Below are positions 20,178-29,665 of a DNA stretch of 64,000 bases, piece by piece (position 1 is the stretch's first letter; every line of letters begins with the position of its first letter). The stretch spans positions 9,197 through 73,196 of the forward strand of contig JAANXD010000074.1 of the NCBI GenBank assembly GCA_018263435.1, written 5' to 3'. The position numbers and the translations under genes were made by a program. The notes beneath the pieces are model-generated. The model searched no databases, was not told the DNA's origin, and saw only the letters and a list, made by a program, of their open reading frames with translations. The stretch is from Candidatus Scalindua arabica. Its GTDB lineage: Bacteria; Planctomycetota; Brocadiia; Brocadiales; Scalinduaceae.

Positions 20178-20285
20178 ATGTCAATGTATATGACAACCCT
20201 TTTAGCATTATTTCTATTTGCCATGGGCGTGATGATATATTTCTTGATTGATCTGTATCGAGAGAAGAAGAAACACTCCCATTAA
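20178..20285 (+). CDS. 35-aa hydrophobic mini-protein with a basic C-tail
   Basis: MSMYMTTLLALFLFAMGVMIYFLIDLYREKKKHSH. AAGGAG lies 7 nt upstream of the ATG, which starts 1 nt after the previous stop. Below the ORF-track cutoff. Confidence 0.35.
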   Translation: MSMYMTTLLALFLFAMGVMIYFLIDLYREKKKHSH

Positions 20286-20361
20286 TATCACCTTGGCCTC
20301 TCCCGAAGTTCGACCCTTAATCACTGCCCTTTATTTCTTTGTATATTGTATTAGCAAAATT

Positions 20362-21384
20362 TCACGGAAGCTTCAACCAGATATTTTCTATTACAACCAT
20401 TCCCAATAAGAAGCAGATACTAATTGCCGTTGGAATAAAGAAGAGATCCTTCTTCTTTACAACTGTTTCCATAATGATCTTTTCCTTTTCTATCCTGTCA
20501 ATCTCTGAATAAAACTGTTCAACCTCTTCATAATTCTCAGCTTCAAACAATCTTCCACCGGTTGATTCAACACCTTTCCTCAATGATGCTGTCCTTTCGG
20601 CAGCCTGTTCATGCTCCACGCCTGTCTCTGCAGATGCAGGTACGGAAACCACGTGCACTTTAACCCCCAACCTCTTAATAAAACGGAGCGGTCTGGTTGG
20701 ATTTATTCCCACATTATATATGCCGTCCGTAAACAATATTATTACCTTGTTCTTCATTGTGCCCCTGTTCTGGACCATCTTTGCAAAATCCAGGGCATAT
20801 TTTCCAAGCCCTTTCTCCCTGTTCATACTCTTTCTTAATTTGTTAATTTCAAAGACCTGTCCCATGTCTTTCTCAATAAGGGCAAGTATTGAAGTGAAAA
20901 GCCCTTCACCGATGGCAGTACGAACACCAACATGATGGGGTTTAATCCTGTCTAATGATTTCTCCAGCAACTCTGTCTCCCAGGTAGGGAGCACAACAAC
21001 CACGGCATCTGTTCCGTACATGGTAATGCCTATCATATCATGGCTTCTCTTCCTTATAAAATCCTTGGCTATATCCCTGATCTTCTCCATTGCCTCTCCC
21101 GTCATACTGAACGATGTATCAATGGATAATATTATTTCACGTCCCTGGTATGATACCTCTGTTTCATGATAGTCTGATTGCGGCCTGGAAAATGCAAGTA
21201 TCGCAAAGAGTACCATGAGAAAGCATAATATCTTAGGCAGCCGCCTTATGAAGGTCTTTACATTTTTGGTACCTTCCAAATGACTCGTACTTGAATATCC
21301 CAGGTACTTCCCTTCTCTCCTGAAAAAGATCAGAAAAACAAAAGGAATCAACGCCAGAAGAAAGATAGGATCATCCAGTTTCAT
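20362..21384 (-). CDS. vWA-domain membrane protein (BatA-like)
   Basis: 340 aa with N- and C-terminal TM segments and a vWA MIDAS motif (LSIDTSFSM). Confidence 0.8.
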   Translation of the reverse strand: MKLDDPIFLLALIPFVFLIFFRREGKYLGYSSTSHLEGTKNVKTFIRRLPKILCFLMVLFAILAFSRPQSDYHETEVSYQGREIILSIDTSFSMTGEAMEKIRDIAKDFIRKRSHDMIGITMYGTDAVVVVLPTWETELLEKSLDRIKPHHVGVRTAIGEGLFTSILALIEKDMGQVFEINKLRKSMNREKGLGKYALDFAKMVQNRGTMKNKVIILFTDGIYNVGINPTRPLRFIKRLGVKVHVVSVPASAETGVEHEQAAERTASLRKGVESTGGRLFEAENYEEVEQFYSEIDRIEKEKIIMETVVKKKDLFFIPTAISICFLLGMVVIENIWLKLP

Positions 21385-21419
21385 GTTTTATAAGACCTGC
21401 AATTAATTTAAATAAAGTG

Positions 21420-22826
21420 TTAATAATAGCCCCGCTTCTTAGCCTCTTTCAATATCTCCTGCACTCCATCCATAGCCTTCTTAATCTCGTCCTTATCAAT
21501 ATCACCAAAGATTACGGAGTCAAATGATTTAAGTATATTGCCTGCACAATCAACTATTTCCCCGGACAGTTTTTTGCCCCTGACTATATCGATAAGTTTC
21601 GCAGTGGTTACTGAACGTACCACTTCTCCCGGCACCTCCACCAATGAGCCCAGGAATGCCCTTGAGGAACAATCAATCTTGACAACCGACTGCCTTAAAT
21701 CATCACCTTCCGCATCACTGTTGTAATCAGTAATCAGCTTCTCCAGCCTTTCTGCATGTGCAAGAGGAGACCTTGCCATCCTCTCCTTAATAACTCCAGA
21801 CAGCCTGTAAACAAGCTTTCTGATTTCGTTTGCCCCCAGAGCAATTATAATAATGAACCCCAGAATAATAGGAAGATGACTTCTCAGACATTTATCCTTC
21901 TGTGAATACATAAGCGGCCCCTTCAAGCCTTCAAGGGGCACATCAATTCTTTTTAATAAACTGTTGATTAATACAGGAATTGCAGAAGTGCTTATTTTCT
22001 GTGTTGCTGCTGTTTTCTCACCCTCTTTATACTTGGCATCTCCTTCACGATTAATACTGTAAAGTACCGGCAGTGAAGGAATTTCAAAATTCTCTGACTG
22101 ACCAGGCACGTCATAGATTGAGAGTTCATATTCTACCGTTGTCTTTCCCAATTTCCCTTCAACTTCTTCATTAATCCCGAAATTCATCAACTTAAACGGA
22201 TTAAGGTTAAGCCCTTCCATATTTTCTTTGAGTATGTGTACATACTTCTCGTGCCAGATAATAAGTTTATATTTAAGCCTGTCCCCGATATCAACTATAT
22301 CTCTATCTAGCTCTGTCTCTACCATAATCGGAACCTTCTTTAATGCCATGGGAGACGTCTGCACTTGCCCGGATGTCTTATTTGCCTCATCGTTATAAGG
22401 AATAGAAAATACCGGTACGGTATAAATTCCCTCCTCCGCATCATCCGGCAGAGAGAGGATGTAGGTTATGACACAGAAGTCACTATCATTATTAAATATC
22501 TGCCTCTCTCCGACAGTAACCTTTTCTATCTTAAATGGAGACAGATCAACTTCTTTAAATAACTCCTTATTTACACTGACACCAAGCTTCCACACCATCT
22601 GAAGTGTTAAGTGTATCATTTTGCCTGTAACAAACCGGTAGTTTTCTACAAAAAGCCACAACTCAACAGCCTCACTCATCTCCGGTATCAAGGTGTCTGT
22701 ATCACGCGGCTGCTCAGATTCTCCATACGCCTGATGCTGTCTGTAACCTTCCTGTCCGTTACATCTGTCCAGACTTATAATCATGATGAATACACACAGA
22801 CAAATTGTAAGTAGAATCTTTTTCAT
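21420..22826 (-). CDS. BatD-like exported protein with a C-terminal TM and cytoplasmic tail
   Basis: 468 aa with a signal peptide and a single TM near residue 325. It sits between the DUF58 and vWA genes. Confidence 0.55.
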   Translation of the reverse strand: MKKILLTICLCVFIMIISLDRCNGQEGYRQHQAYGESEQPRDTDTLIPEMSEAVELWLFVENYRFVTGKMIHLTLQMVWKLGVSVNKELFKEVDLSPFKIEKVTVGERQIFNNDSDFCVITYILSLPDDAEEGIYTVPVFSIPYNDEANKTSGQVQTSPMALKKVPIMVETELDRDIVDIGDRLKYKLIIWHEKYVHILKENMEGLNLNPFKLMNFGINEEVEGKLGKTTVEYELSIYDVPGQSENFEIPSLPVLYSINREGDAKYKEGEKTAATQKISTSAIPVLINSLLKRIDVPLEGLKGPLMYSQKDKCLRSHLPIILGFIIIIALGANEIRKLVYRLSGVIKERMARSPLAHAERLEKLITDYNSDAEGDDLRQSVVKIDCSSRAFLGSLVEVPGEVVRSVTTAKLIDIVRGKKLSGEIVDCAGNILKSFDSVIFGDIDKDEIKKAMDGVQEILKEAKKRGYY

Positions 22827-23677
22827 CTCTTTACCCTGCTTCTTCGCCTTGCCCTCATATCAAAAAAGTCTGACAATGCCTTTGTCCATTGCTCTTCATT
22901 CTGATCGGTCATCAATGTAAGGCTGTTCAAATTAAGTTTATTAAACAAATCAAGGTGTTGTGAACTCCCCATAATGTCTTTAGACAAATCCAGATACTTC
23001 ACGCCTTGTGTCTCCAGATCCTTTACGGCCACAAAGCCCCTTGCCCCGGGAATTACCTCTTCCCTTAAATCTGAAATAATAATGGGAATAACGTCATGCT
23101 TTCTCACAAGTGATTTGAGTGATGTCTCATAATCAAACGGTGCGAAGAAATCAGATAACACAAATACAAGTGAAGGTTTGAACTGCATGCTGTTCAAGAA
23201 TTTAAAGGCACAATTGATATCGGTACGTACACCTTCAGTATCAGAATTCATTATGCCTCTGGCTATCCTGACACCTTCTTTCTGACCTGACAGGGGAGGA
23301 ATGTATTTCTCGATTCTATCTGTAAAGGTAATGAAGCTGACAAGATTACCGGCTTCTGTTGCAGATTCAACAAGGATGGAAATTATAGATGATTGAATAT
23401 CTTCCTTGGTAACACCTGCGGAACCAAACTTCTTTGATCCGCTTCTGTCAATCAGGAAGAATATGTTGGTTCTTTTGTCCACCAGTTTTAACCTGACATG
23501 TAAAACACCTGTCCTTGTAGTAGTCTTCCAGTCAATAGACCTGAATTCATCGCCAGGCTGGTACTGCCTCAACTCATCAAGCTCAATACCCCTTGTTGAG
23601 TTCATGTAACTGGAAAAAGAGCCTGCAAAGAGATTGGCTACCATCCTCTGTATATGTAATCTTATCTTACTTCTCAC
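22823..23677 (-). CDS. DUF58 family protein (MoxR-associated, vWA-like)
   Basis: 284 aa with RQYQPGDEFRSIDWK, a typical DUF58 motif. 4-nt overlap with the downstream gene. Confidence 0.85.
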   Translation of the reverse strand: MRSKIRLHIQRMVANLFAGSFSSYMNSTRGIELDELRQYQPGDEFRSIDWKTTTRTGVLHVRLKLVDKRTNIFFLIDRSGSKKFGSAGVTKEDIQSSIISILVESATEAGNLVSFITFTDRIEKYIPPLSGQKEGVRIARGIMNSDTEGVRTDINCAFKFLNSMQFKPSLVFVLSDFFAPFDYETSLKSLVRKHDVIPIIISDLREEVIPGARGFVAVKDLETQGVKYLDLSKDIMGSSQHLDLFNKLNLNSLTLMTDQNEEQWTKALSDFFDMRARRRSRVKR

Positions 23678-23771
23678 TAAATCAGTTCACTCCGTTCGCT
23701 AATTTAGTGTATTTTGCCTGTCCAAATAGCTTATCGGTCGAGCTTACACTAAACATGGTTTATAAATACCT

Positions 23772-23965
23772 AAAGCCCTAACTCCAGAAGTACCAAGGCC
23801 AAAAAACTAATTCTGTTGGAGTTAAGGCTTTAGCCTTTTACTATGCCTGTAGCGGAGGTTTTCAAACCTCCACACACAACGGATTCAATGTCAATTTAAA
23901 CTTCCGTATAACCATTTTGTTTGTCAGGCTTATGGACATGGAAGGCTAAAGCCATTCCGCTACAG
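23772..23965. repeat. cluster of palindromic REP-like units in the moxR-DUF58 spacer
   Basis: Inverted repeat 23772-23789 / 23811-23831, hairpin GGAGGTTT..AAACCTCC (23854-23871), and unit GAAGGCTAAAGCCATTCCGCTACAG (23941-23965). Confidence 0.55.
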
Positions 23966-23996
23966 TTACTAAATTGTAGTGTCCACCCGTATGGCG

Positions 23997-25010
23997 CTAA
24001 CTTGGAGCATCTGCTTCCAGAATTGGGATCTTTTTCAATATAGTATTTATTATATCATCCGGATCAATCCCCTGAGACTCCGCCTCATGCGTTAGAATTA
24101 TTCTGTGCCTTAAGACAGGATACGCCATTTTGTGGATGTGTTCCGGCAGTACTATCTTACTCCCTGACAGAAAGGCACACACACGTGCGGCCTTTGCCAG
24201 ATAAATCGAAGCTCGAGGAGAAGCGCCATACATGACCATATTACTTATATATTCATCATCACCGTTCGGCCTTGTCTCTCTTACTATGCGTGTTGAATAT
24301 TTCAGGATTTCAGATTCCTTATGCAAAGGAATCTTTTCTGTTATGAAGTGTCTCAATGAAATTATCTCGTCAGGACGCAGTACCACATCAAGTTCAGGCT
24401 CTTTGTCACTGACCTGCCTCTCCGTAATCTCCCTCTCTTCCGTATAAGAAGGGTAATCAACCCTGAGCTTAAACATAAACCTGTCGACTTCAGCTTCCGG
24501 CAGGAGATATGTCCCTGATATCTCTATCGGGTTTTGAGTGGCAAGGACGGTGAACAATTTCTCCAGTTTAAATGTCTCCCTGCCTATCGTTACCTGTTTT
24601 TCCTGCATACTCTCCAACAAGGCGCTCTGTACTTTTGCAGGTGCCCTGTTAATCTCATCTGCCAAAAGCAGATTAGTAAATATCGGCCCCTTCTGAACTG
24701 CACTCTTTCTTGTTTCAGGATCGCACAACTCATATCCTGTAATATCACCAGGTATCAGGTCAGGCGTAAACTGAACCCTCTGAAATTTTGCATCAATTGC
24801 CCTTGACAGGGTCTTAACTGTTATAGTCTTCCCCAGGCCGGGATAACCTTCCAGCAGAATGTGTCCGTCAGAAAAGAGGGCAATAATAATAGCCTCAATC
24901 ATATCATCCTGACCGACAATAACCTTTTCGATCTCTTTTTTAATACAACTGAACTTCTCCTTAATATACTGAACATCTTCAAAATTCTCAGTCTGAGTGT
25001 CTTCTATCAC
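23997..25010 (-). CDS. MoxR-family AAA+ ATPase
   Basis: 337 aa with Walker A GYPGLGKT, Walker B LLADEINR, and typical MoxR length. Confidence 0.93.
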   Translation of the reverse strand: MIEDTQTENFEDVQYIKEKFSCIKKEIEKVIVGQDDMIEAIIIALFSDGHILLEGYPGLGKTITVKTLSRAIDAKFQRVQFTPDLIPGDITGYELCDPETRKSAVQKGPIFTNLLLADEINRAPAKVQSALLESMQEKQVTIGRETFKLEKLFTVLATQNPIEISGTYLLPEAEVDRFMFKLRVDYPSYTEEREITERQVSDKEPELDVVLRPDEIISLRHFITEKIPLHKESEILKYSTRIVRETRPNGDDEYISNMVMYGASPRASIYLAKAARVCAFLSGSKIVLPEHIHKMAYPVLRHRIILTHEAESQGIDPDDIINTILKKIPILEADAPS

Positions 25011-25362
25011 CTTATATTTCTCCTAAACCGTAAAACATAAAATATAATAATTGTAGCGGAATGGCTTTAACGCATATCCTTAGCCAATTTACAAAAAATA
25101 TTTACTTAAATTCATAATTACTTACTTTATAAATTAAGCAGCCTTGTTAAGTGTTTAAACAAAAAAGCTTACATTAAATTGAACTTACACATTAGACAGT
25201 TAAAGAAAAAGTACAAAGTTTAATTATCACCAGGACATAATTAATTTCACACAAAAAGATGGGTTCATTTCAGCCATCATTGTTGCAAAACTAATAAAAT
25301 GGAGATGTTGGGAATAATTATATAGAAATTGGATTTAGTGTCAATCAAGATTAATTTAGTTC

Positions 25363-25390
25363 TTGACGGTACAGGATGCAGCGTTAAAAT
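25363..25390 (+). promoter_or_regulatory. candidate sigma70 promoter of the MTA phosphorylase gene
   Basis: TTGACG, 16-nt spacer, TAAAAT. About 43 nt upstream of ATG 25433. Confidence 0.4.
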
Positions 25391-25432
25391 AACACGCTTT
25401 TAAAAAAACTTTGTTAATAAAGGAAAATAAAT

Positions 25433-26293
25433 ATGACTAACGGAAGAATAGGGATAATTGGCGGAAGCGGTTTGTATAACATTGAAGGAATAACAGATGT
25501 TGAAAACATTAAAGTGGAAACTCCTTTCGGAGACCCTTCTGATCAATTCATCACAGGAAACCTTGAAGGGAAGAACGTTGTATTCTTACCGAGACATGGA
25601 AAAACCCATAATATACTGCCGTCTGAACTGAATTTCCGCGCAAATATATACGGCATGAAAAAGCTGGGAGTGGAGAGGATAATTGCCGTCAGTGCTGTGG
25701 GAAGTATGAAGGAGGAAATTAAACCTCTCGATATTGTCATTCCCGACCAGTTCATTGATCGTACGCAAGGTAGAATAGGTACCTTTTTCGGCGACGGAAT
25801 TGTCGGACACGTAAGCCTCGCTGATCCTGTTTGTAGTGTTCTTGCCGAAACGCTCCATCAAGCCGCAAAGAATGCCGGAGCTACAGTTCATAAGGGAGGC
25901 ACTTATGTATGCATAGAAGGGCCCCAATTCTCAACGAGGGCAGAATCTCTAACCTACCGCCAATGGGATGTCAGTGTTATTGGCATGACAAACCTGCAGG
26001 AAGCCAAACTGGCCCGTGAAGCCGAGATATGCTACAGTACACTAGCTCTTTCTACTGACTACGACTGCTGGCATGAAGGAGAGGAAGACGTTACCGCGGA
26101 GATAGTCCTTCAAAATATAATGAAAAACGTTGATATGGCGAAAGCCATCATCAAACATGCCATCCCAATGATTGAAGGTGAAAGAGGATGTGGGTGTGTT
26201 AATGCGGCAAGTAATGCCATTGTAACACAGACGGAAAACATCCCGGACGAATTGAAGGAAAGATTGAGTGTTATATTTGGAAAGTATTTATAG
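25433..26293 (+). CDS. mtnP: S-methyl-5'-thioadenosine phosphorylase
   Basis: 286 aa with IGIIGGSGLY, FLPRHG and VSAVGS motifs of the PNP/MTAP family. Confidence 0.9.
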   Translation: MTNGRIGIIGGSGLYNIEGITDVENIKVETPFGDPSDQFITGNLEGKNVVFLPRHGKTHNILPSELNFRANIYGMKKLGVERIIAVSAVGSMKEEIKPLDIVIPDQFIDRTQGRIGTFFGDGIVGHVSLADPVCSVLAETLHQAAKNAGATVHKGGTYVCIEGPQFSTRAESLTYRQWDVSVIGMTNLQEAKLAREAEICYSTLALSTDYDCWHEGEEDVTAEIVLQNIMKNVDMAKAIIKHAIPMIEGERGCGCVNAASNAIVTQTENIPDELKERLSVIFGKYL

Positions 26294-26312
26294 ATGTTAC
26301 AAAACTGACTCC

Positions 26313-26422
26313 TGTCATCTCTGAAACCTGTGCTGAACTTGTTTCAGTATTATTTCAGGATCTCTGATTGTAGATGCTGAAATAAGCAGCACAAAGTTGC
26401 TAACCCACGATTCAGCATGACA
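26313..26422. repeat. palindromic extragenic repeat of the GTCAT..CTGAA..TTCAG..ATGAC type
   Basis: TGTCATCTCTGAA...CTGAACTTGTTTCAG...TTCAGCATGACA. A related element lies at about 34360-34530, and a partially related GTCAT..CTGA fragment at about 46290-46390. Confidence 0.45.
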
Positions 26423-26458
26423 AATATAGCGTAGTTATCCTTAATCCCCCCCGAATCC

Positions 26459-28612
26459 TTAAATCCCTAATTCATTTATATGTTTTGATAACTCTGAGAG
26501 ATCAAAAGGTTTTTTGATAATGAAGTCTACTTTGAACTCTTCATCATCTATAGGCTTGAGCTTCTCGCCCCAGCCTGTGATTATGCCTATCTTTGGCCTT
26601 TTCTCTAATTTGTTCAATGCTCTTACTACTTCATGTCCATTAACATCCGGCATGGCTATATCACACAACACAAGGTCGTAATTTATAGCCTTTGCTAATA
26701 TTATTGCCTCTTTACCATTACCGACAGTCCTGACCAGGTGACCTTTTTTAGAAAGGAAATTGTCCAGAATATTGCATATATCCTCTTCGTCATCTATCAC
26801 CAGGACGCTAAGACTATCCCTTTTTATTTCTTGTTCCGTTTCAGGTAATTCTTCCGGCCTATCTGCTTCAGCGGCTGCCGGGAATTGCAGTGTAAATATA
26901 CTTCCCTTCCCACCCTCACTTTCCACCTCTATTTTACCGCCATGTCCGCTTATTATGCCGTAAGCCGTGCTCAGACCCAATCCGGTCCCCTTCACTCCCT
27001 TTGTGCTAAAGAATGGGTCAAATATATTCTTCTTTACTTCCTCGGTTATACCCCCTCCTGTGTCGGAAATGTTCATGAATACGGTACTATCTTCACTCCA
27101 TGTACGAAATGTTATACGGCCATCATCAGGCATTGCATCAAGTGCATTGTTTATTATATTTACAAATACCTCTCTTAATTCTGCAGGATTACACAAAATG
27201 GATGGTACACTCATCATGCCTTCCGTGTCCATGTGGTAATTTATGCCTTTGACCTGAGCCTCATTCTTCCACCTGGGTATTGTGAAATCAATTGCCTGAT
27301 TTATCAACTCGTTTATATCAAAAGGCACAAACCCTGATGAGTCTATATCTCTTTTAGTAAATTTAAGCATTCTCCCGGATATTTGAGCACCATCATCAGC
27401 CGCCCTCTTGATAGTGTGAAGTGCTTTCGTCAATCCTGCATCGTCTTTACAGCTTTCCTCCAGCAACTGTACATTACCGGAGATAATTGCAAGTATGTTG
27501 TTAAAATCGTGGGAAATCCCGGCAGTTATCGTCCCCAGCGACTTTAACTTTTCAGATTGCAGTAGCGCCTCTTCCATTTTTTTCTTTTCAGTGATATCAT
27601 CCTTAATAGCAATAAAATTAATAATAACGCCTTTATCATCTTTAACAGGTGATATTAGAGCGGACTCCCAATAAAGTTCACCACTATTTTTCCTGTTACA
27701 GAATTCTCCTCTCCATTCTTTACCGGATTTAATGGTTTTCCATAACTCTTTGTAATCTTCCGGCGGAGTCTTACCAGATTGTAATATACGTGGATTTTTG
27801 CCTATTGCGTCACTAACACTGTAACCTGTAAGTTGGCAAAATTTGGGATTTACATACTCAATTTTTCCTTCAGTATCCGTAATTACAACTGTAGCAGAAA
27901 TATTTTCGATCGCATGTGATAGCTTGTGTAGCTGTTCTTCAGCTTTTGTGATATGCTTTCTCATCAATCGCAGAATGTATCCCCAAGCAATGGTTAAGCA
28001 CGGCAGAGCAATGGCAACAGCCATAATAGTCAGAAACATATCCTTGCGATGCTTATTTAAGACCCTGTCTACGCTCACTTGCATTTCAGCCGTAATCTTT
28101 TCCATACCCTGGGCGTAAATTCTCGTCTGTTCTTCATATACATCACTGAATAAAAGAGTCGAGGCTGCATCCTTCTGCCCCTTACGCACCAGATCAAATG
28201 CCTGCTCCTCCATTGCAGCCAGTTTGACATGGGCAGCACCTGTCTGGTCGGCAACGTGAATCGAGAAGGCATCAGGAGCCAGCCTTCTGGCTTTCTTGAT
28301 AGCAGCATCCAATTGTAGCTCAATGCGCTGGTAGCGTTCTTCCCATTTCTGACTGCCAGTTGCTACACACATGAGCGCAGACTGGACCAACACCTCATCC
28401 AGATGAAGTATAGTGCCTGCCAGCCTCTGGACTTGGAGACCTTGTTCTTGAATAAATTTGACGTCTTTATAGTTTGACCAGATATGCCAAAACAGCCCCA
28501 TAATCAATGTCAGCGTTATAAAGAGGATAGCCAATAACGGAATTAAAGGGCGATGTCCTTTTGTTGTTGTTTTAGACTGAATCATAACGCCCTTCATTTT
28601 CTGAACATCCAA
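26459..28612 (-). CDS. hybrid sensor histidine kinase (TM - helical sensor - TM - PAS - HisKA - HATPase_c - REC)
   Basis: 717 aa with H-box ISHDFNNIL, G-boxes (GTGLGLS) and a C-terminal REC (VIDDEE..CDIAMPDVNG). The start is uncertain (TTG 28612, ATG 28597 or ATG 28585). Confidence 0.88.
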   Translation of the reverse strand: MDVQKMKGVMIQSKTTTKGHRPLIPLLAILFITLTLIMGLFWHIWSNYKDVKFIQEQGLQVQRLAGTILHLDEVLVQSALMCVATGSQKWEERYQRIELQLDAAIKKARRLAPDAFSIHVADQTGAAHVKLAAMEEQAFDLVRKGQKDAASTLLFSDVYEEQTRIYAQGMEKITAEMQVSVDRVLNKHRKDMFLTIMAVAIALPCLTIAWGYILRLMRKHITKAEEQLHKLSHAIENISATVVITDTEGKIEYVNPKFCQLTGYSVSDAIGKNPRILQSGKTPPEDYKELWKTIKSGKEWRGEFCNRKNSGELYWESALISPVKDDKGVIINFIAIKDDITEKKKMEEALLQSEKLKSLGTITAGISHDFNNILAIISGNVQLLEESCKDDAGLTKALHTIKRAADDGAQISGRMLKFTKRDIDSSGFVPFDINELINQAIDFTIPRWKNEAQVKGINYHMDTEGMMSVPSILCNPAELREVFVNIINNALDAMPDDGRITFRTWSEDSTVFMNISDTGGGITEEVKKNIFDPFFSTKGVKGTGLGLSTAYGIISGHGGKIEVESEGGKGSIFTLQFPAAAEADRPEELPETEQEIKRDSLSVLVIDDEEDICNILDNFLSKKGHLVRTVGNGKEAIILAKAINYDLVLCDIAMPDVNGHEVVRALNKLEKRPKIGIITGWGEKLKPIDDEEFKVDFIIKKPFDLSELSKHINELGI

Positions 28613-28718
28613 ACAAAATAAGTGCTGGCATTTTTATAAATACCGGGGCGTTAGTTATTATGCCAAATCCACATGCTATCTTTGATCCCAATTTCATATT
28701 CTTAAACATCTTTAACAT
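28572..28718 (-). CDS. 48-codon upstream ORF overlapping the kinase start, out of frame
   Basis: AAGGAGG lies 8 nt upstream of ATG 28718. The product MLKMFKNMKLGSKIACGFGII... resembles the N-terminus of MCP-type sensors. Confidence 0.3.
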   Translation of the reverse strand: MLKMFKNMKLGSKIACGFGIITNAPVFIKMPALILFGCSENEGRYDSV

Positions 28719-29384
28719 CTTTTAGGCCTCCTTTTCATGGCCAAAAACCATGCAATTTGCAATATTTCAGTTTATTCCTGAAAACATGGCAAATTATGAT
28801 TTAAAAACAGACGGAGAATTTGAACAACTAAAACAGGGCTTTATGCCCTGTCAGAATTGCACAATGGCGGAGATTGTTTTCCATGGCTGACTGGGCAAGA
28901 TTATAAAAACGCCGGGCTGTTTCCAACCAGGCGTCAAGCGCTTCAGAGAAATATCTTTGGCGCTTACAACCATGAAGTATTGAATAAATAGTGATATATG
29001 ACCCGGCGCTGACAAAGACACCGCATGTGTCAGCCAGCCTGACTATGTACAGAAAAAATGGGGGGGGGGTAACACGTAGGTACACAAAGAGTTATGATAT
29101 TTTTTTGTGCTGCAGGGCAATTTGTATTGTCCATAGTTTTCTTCATTGCGCATTGGTGGTTTTGTTTAAGTGGTACTGGTTGTTCTGGATTAAACATAAA
29201 AAAAATGCGGCGCACATTTCGGCATCTAACAAAACGCGCAGTTTCGCATTACAAAATCACTTCTGATTTGGACGTTACATCTAGTCAAAACACATTGCAA
29301 CAGCTTTTATTTCGTATACGTCCAATGTCCAATTGATTGTATAATACAGATTAAAAATCTGCAATTCAAGTATATTTTTATTTA

Positions 29385-29552
29385 ACCTGAATTGAGCGAT
29401 TTGTAGCCGCATCCTTTAGGTTGCGTAGCTTACGAGAAATTCACATCAACCCGCCAGATGTTGAGAAACGCAGGCTACCCGCCTGAAAGACGTAGTCGGG
29501 CAGGAAGCCTGTAGCTACTAGAATATAGAAAACAAAATCGCTCAATTTAGGT
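29385..29552. mobile_element. MITE-like repeat, family A (full copy)
   Basis: About 168 bp with terminal inverted repeats ACCTGAATTGAGCGATTT / AAATCGCTCAATTTAGGT. An internal hairpin reads TGTAGCCGCATCCTTTAGGTTGCGTAGC. Confidence 0.55.
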
Positions 29553-29665
29553 CTTAATTAATGTTTCTCTGGCCCATACACTTTATTTAAAATAAGATTA
29601 TGAGACTTGTGAATATCTGCTGCGAAAATCGGGTCTGGCAACAGGCATAAAATTGTGAAGGGGTG

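Noticed and set aside
19861-20208. 115-aa minus-strand ORF in the Bat operon gap
   Set aside because: Its product is low-complexity, Lys/Asn/Ser-rich and lacks an SD. The plus strand offers SD-supported membrane mini-ORFs. Neither is certain, but the minus-strand call is the weaker one.
28613-28718. In-frame N-terminal extension of the hybrid kinase to the strong-SD ATG at 28718
   Set aside because: Re-reading the sequence shows an in-frame TAA at 28636-28634 (minus strand). The SD-preceded ORF is in a different frame, so it is reported separately as an upstream ORF.
28828-29085. 85-aa minus-strand ORF in the junkyard region
   Set aside because: It has no SD, its N-terminal half is translated from a homopolymer G/C tract, and I recognise no family. 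It possibly lies in decayed coding sequence, so I did not call a gene.
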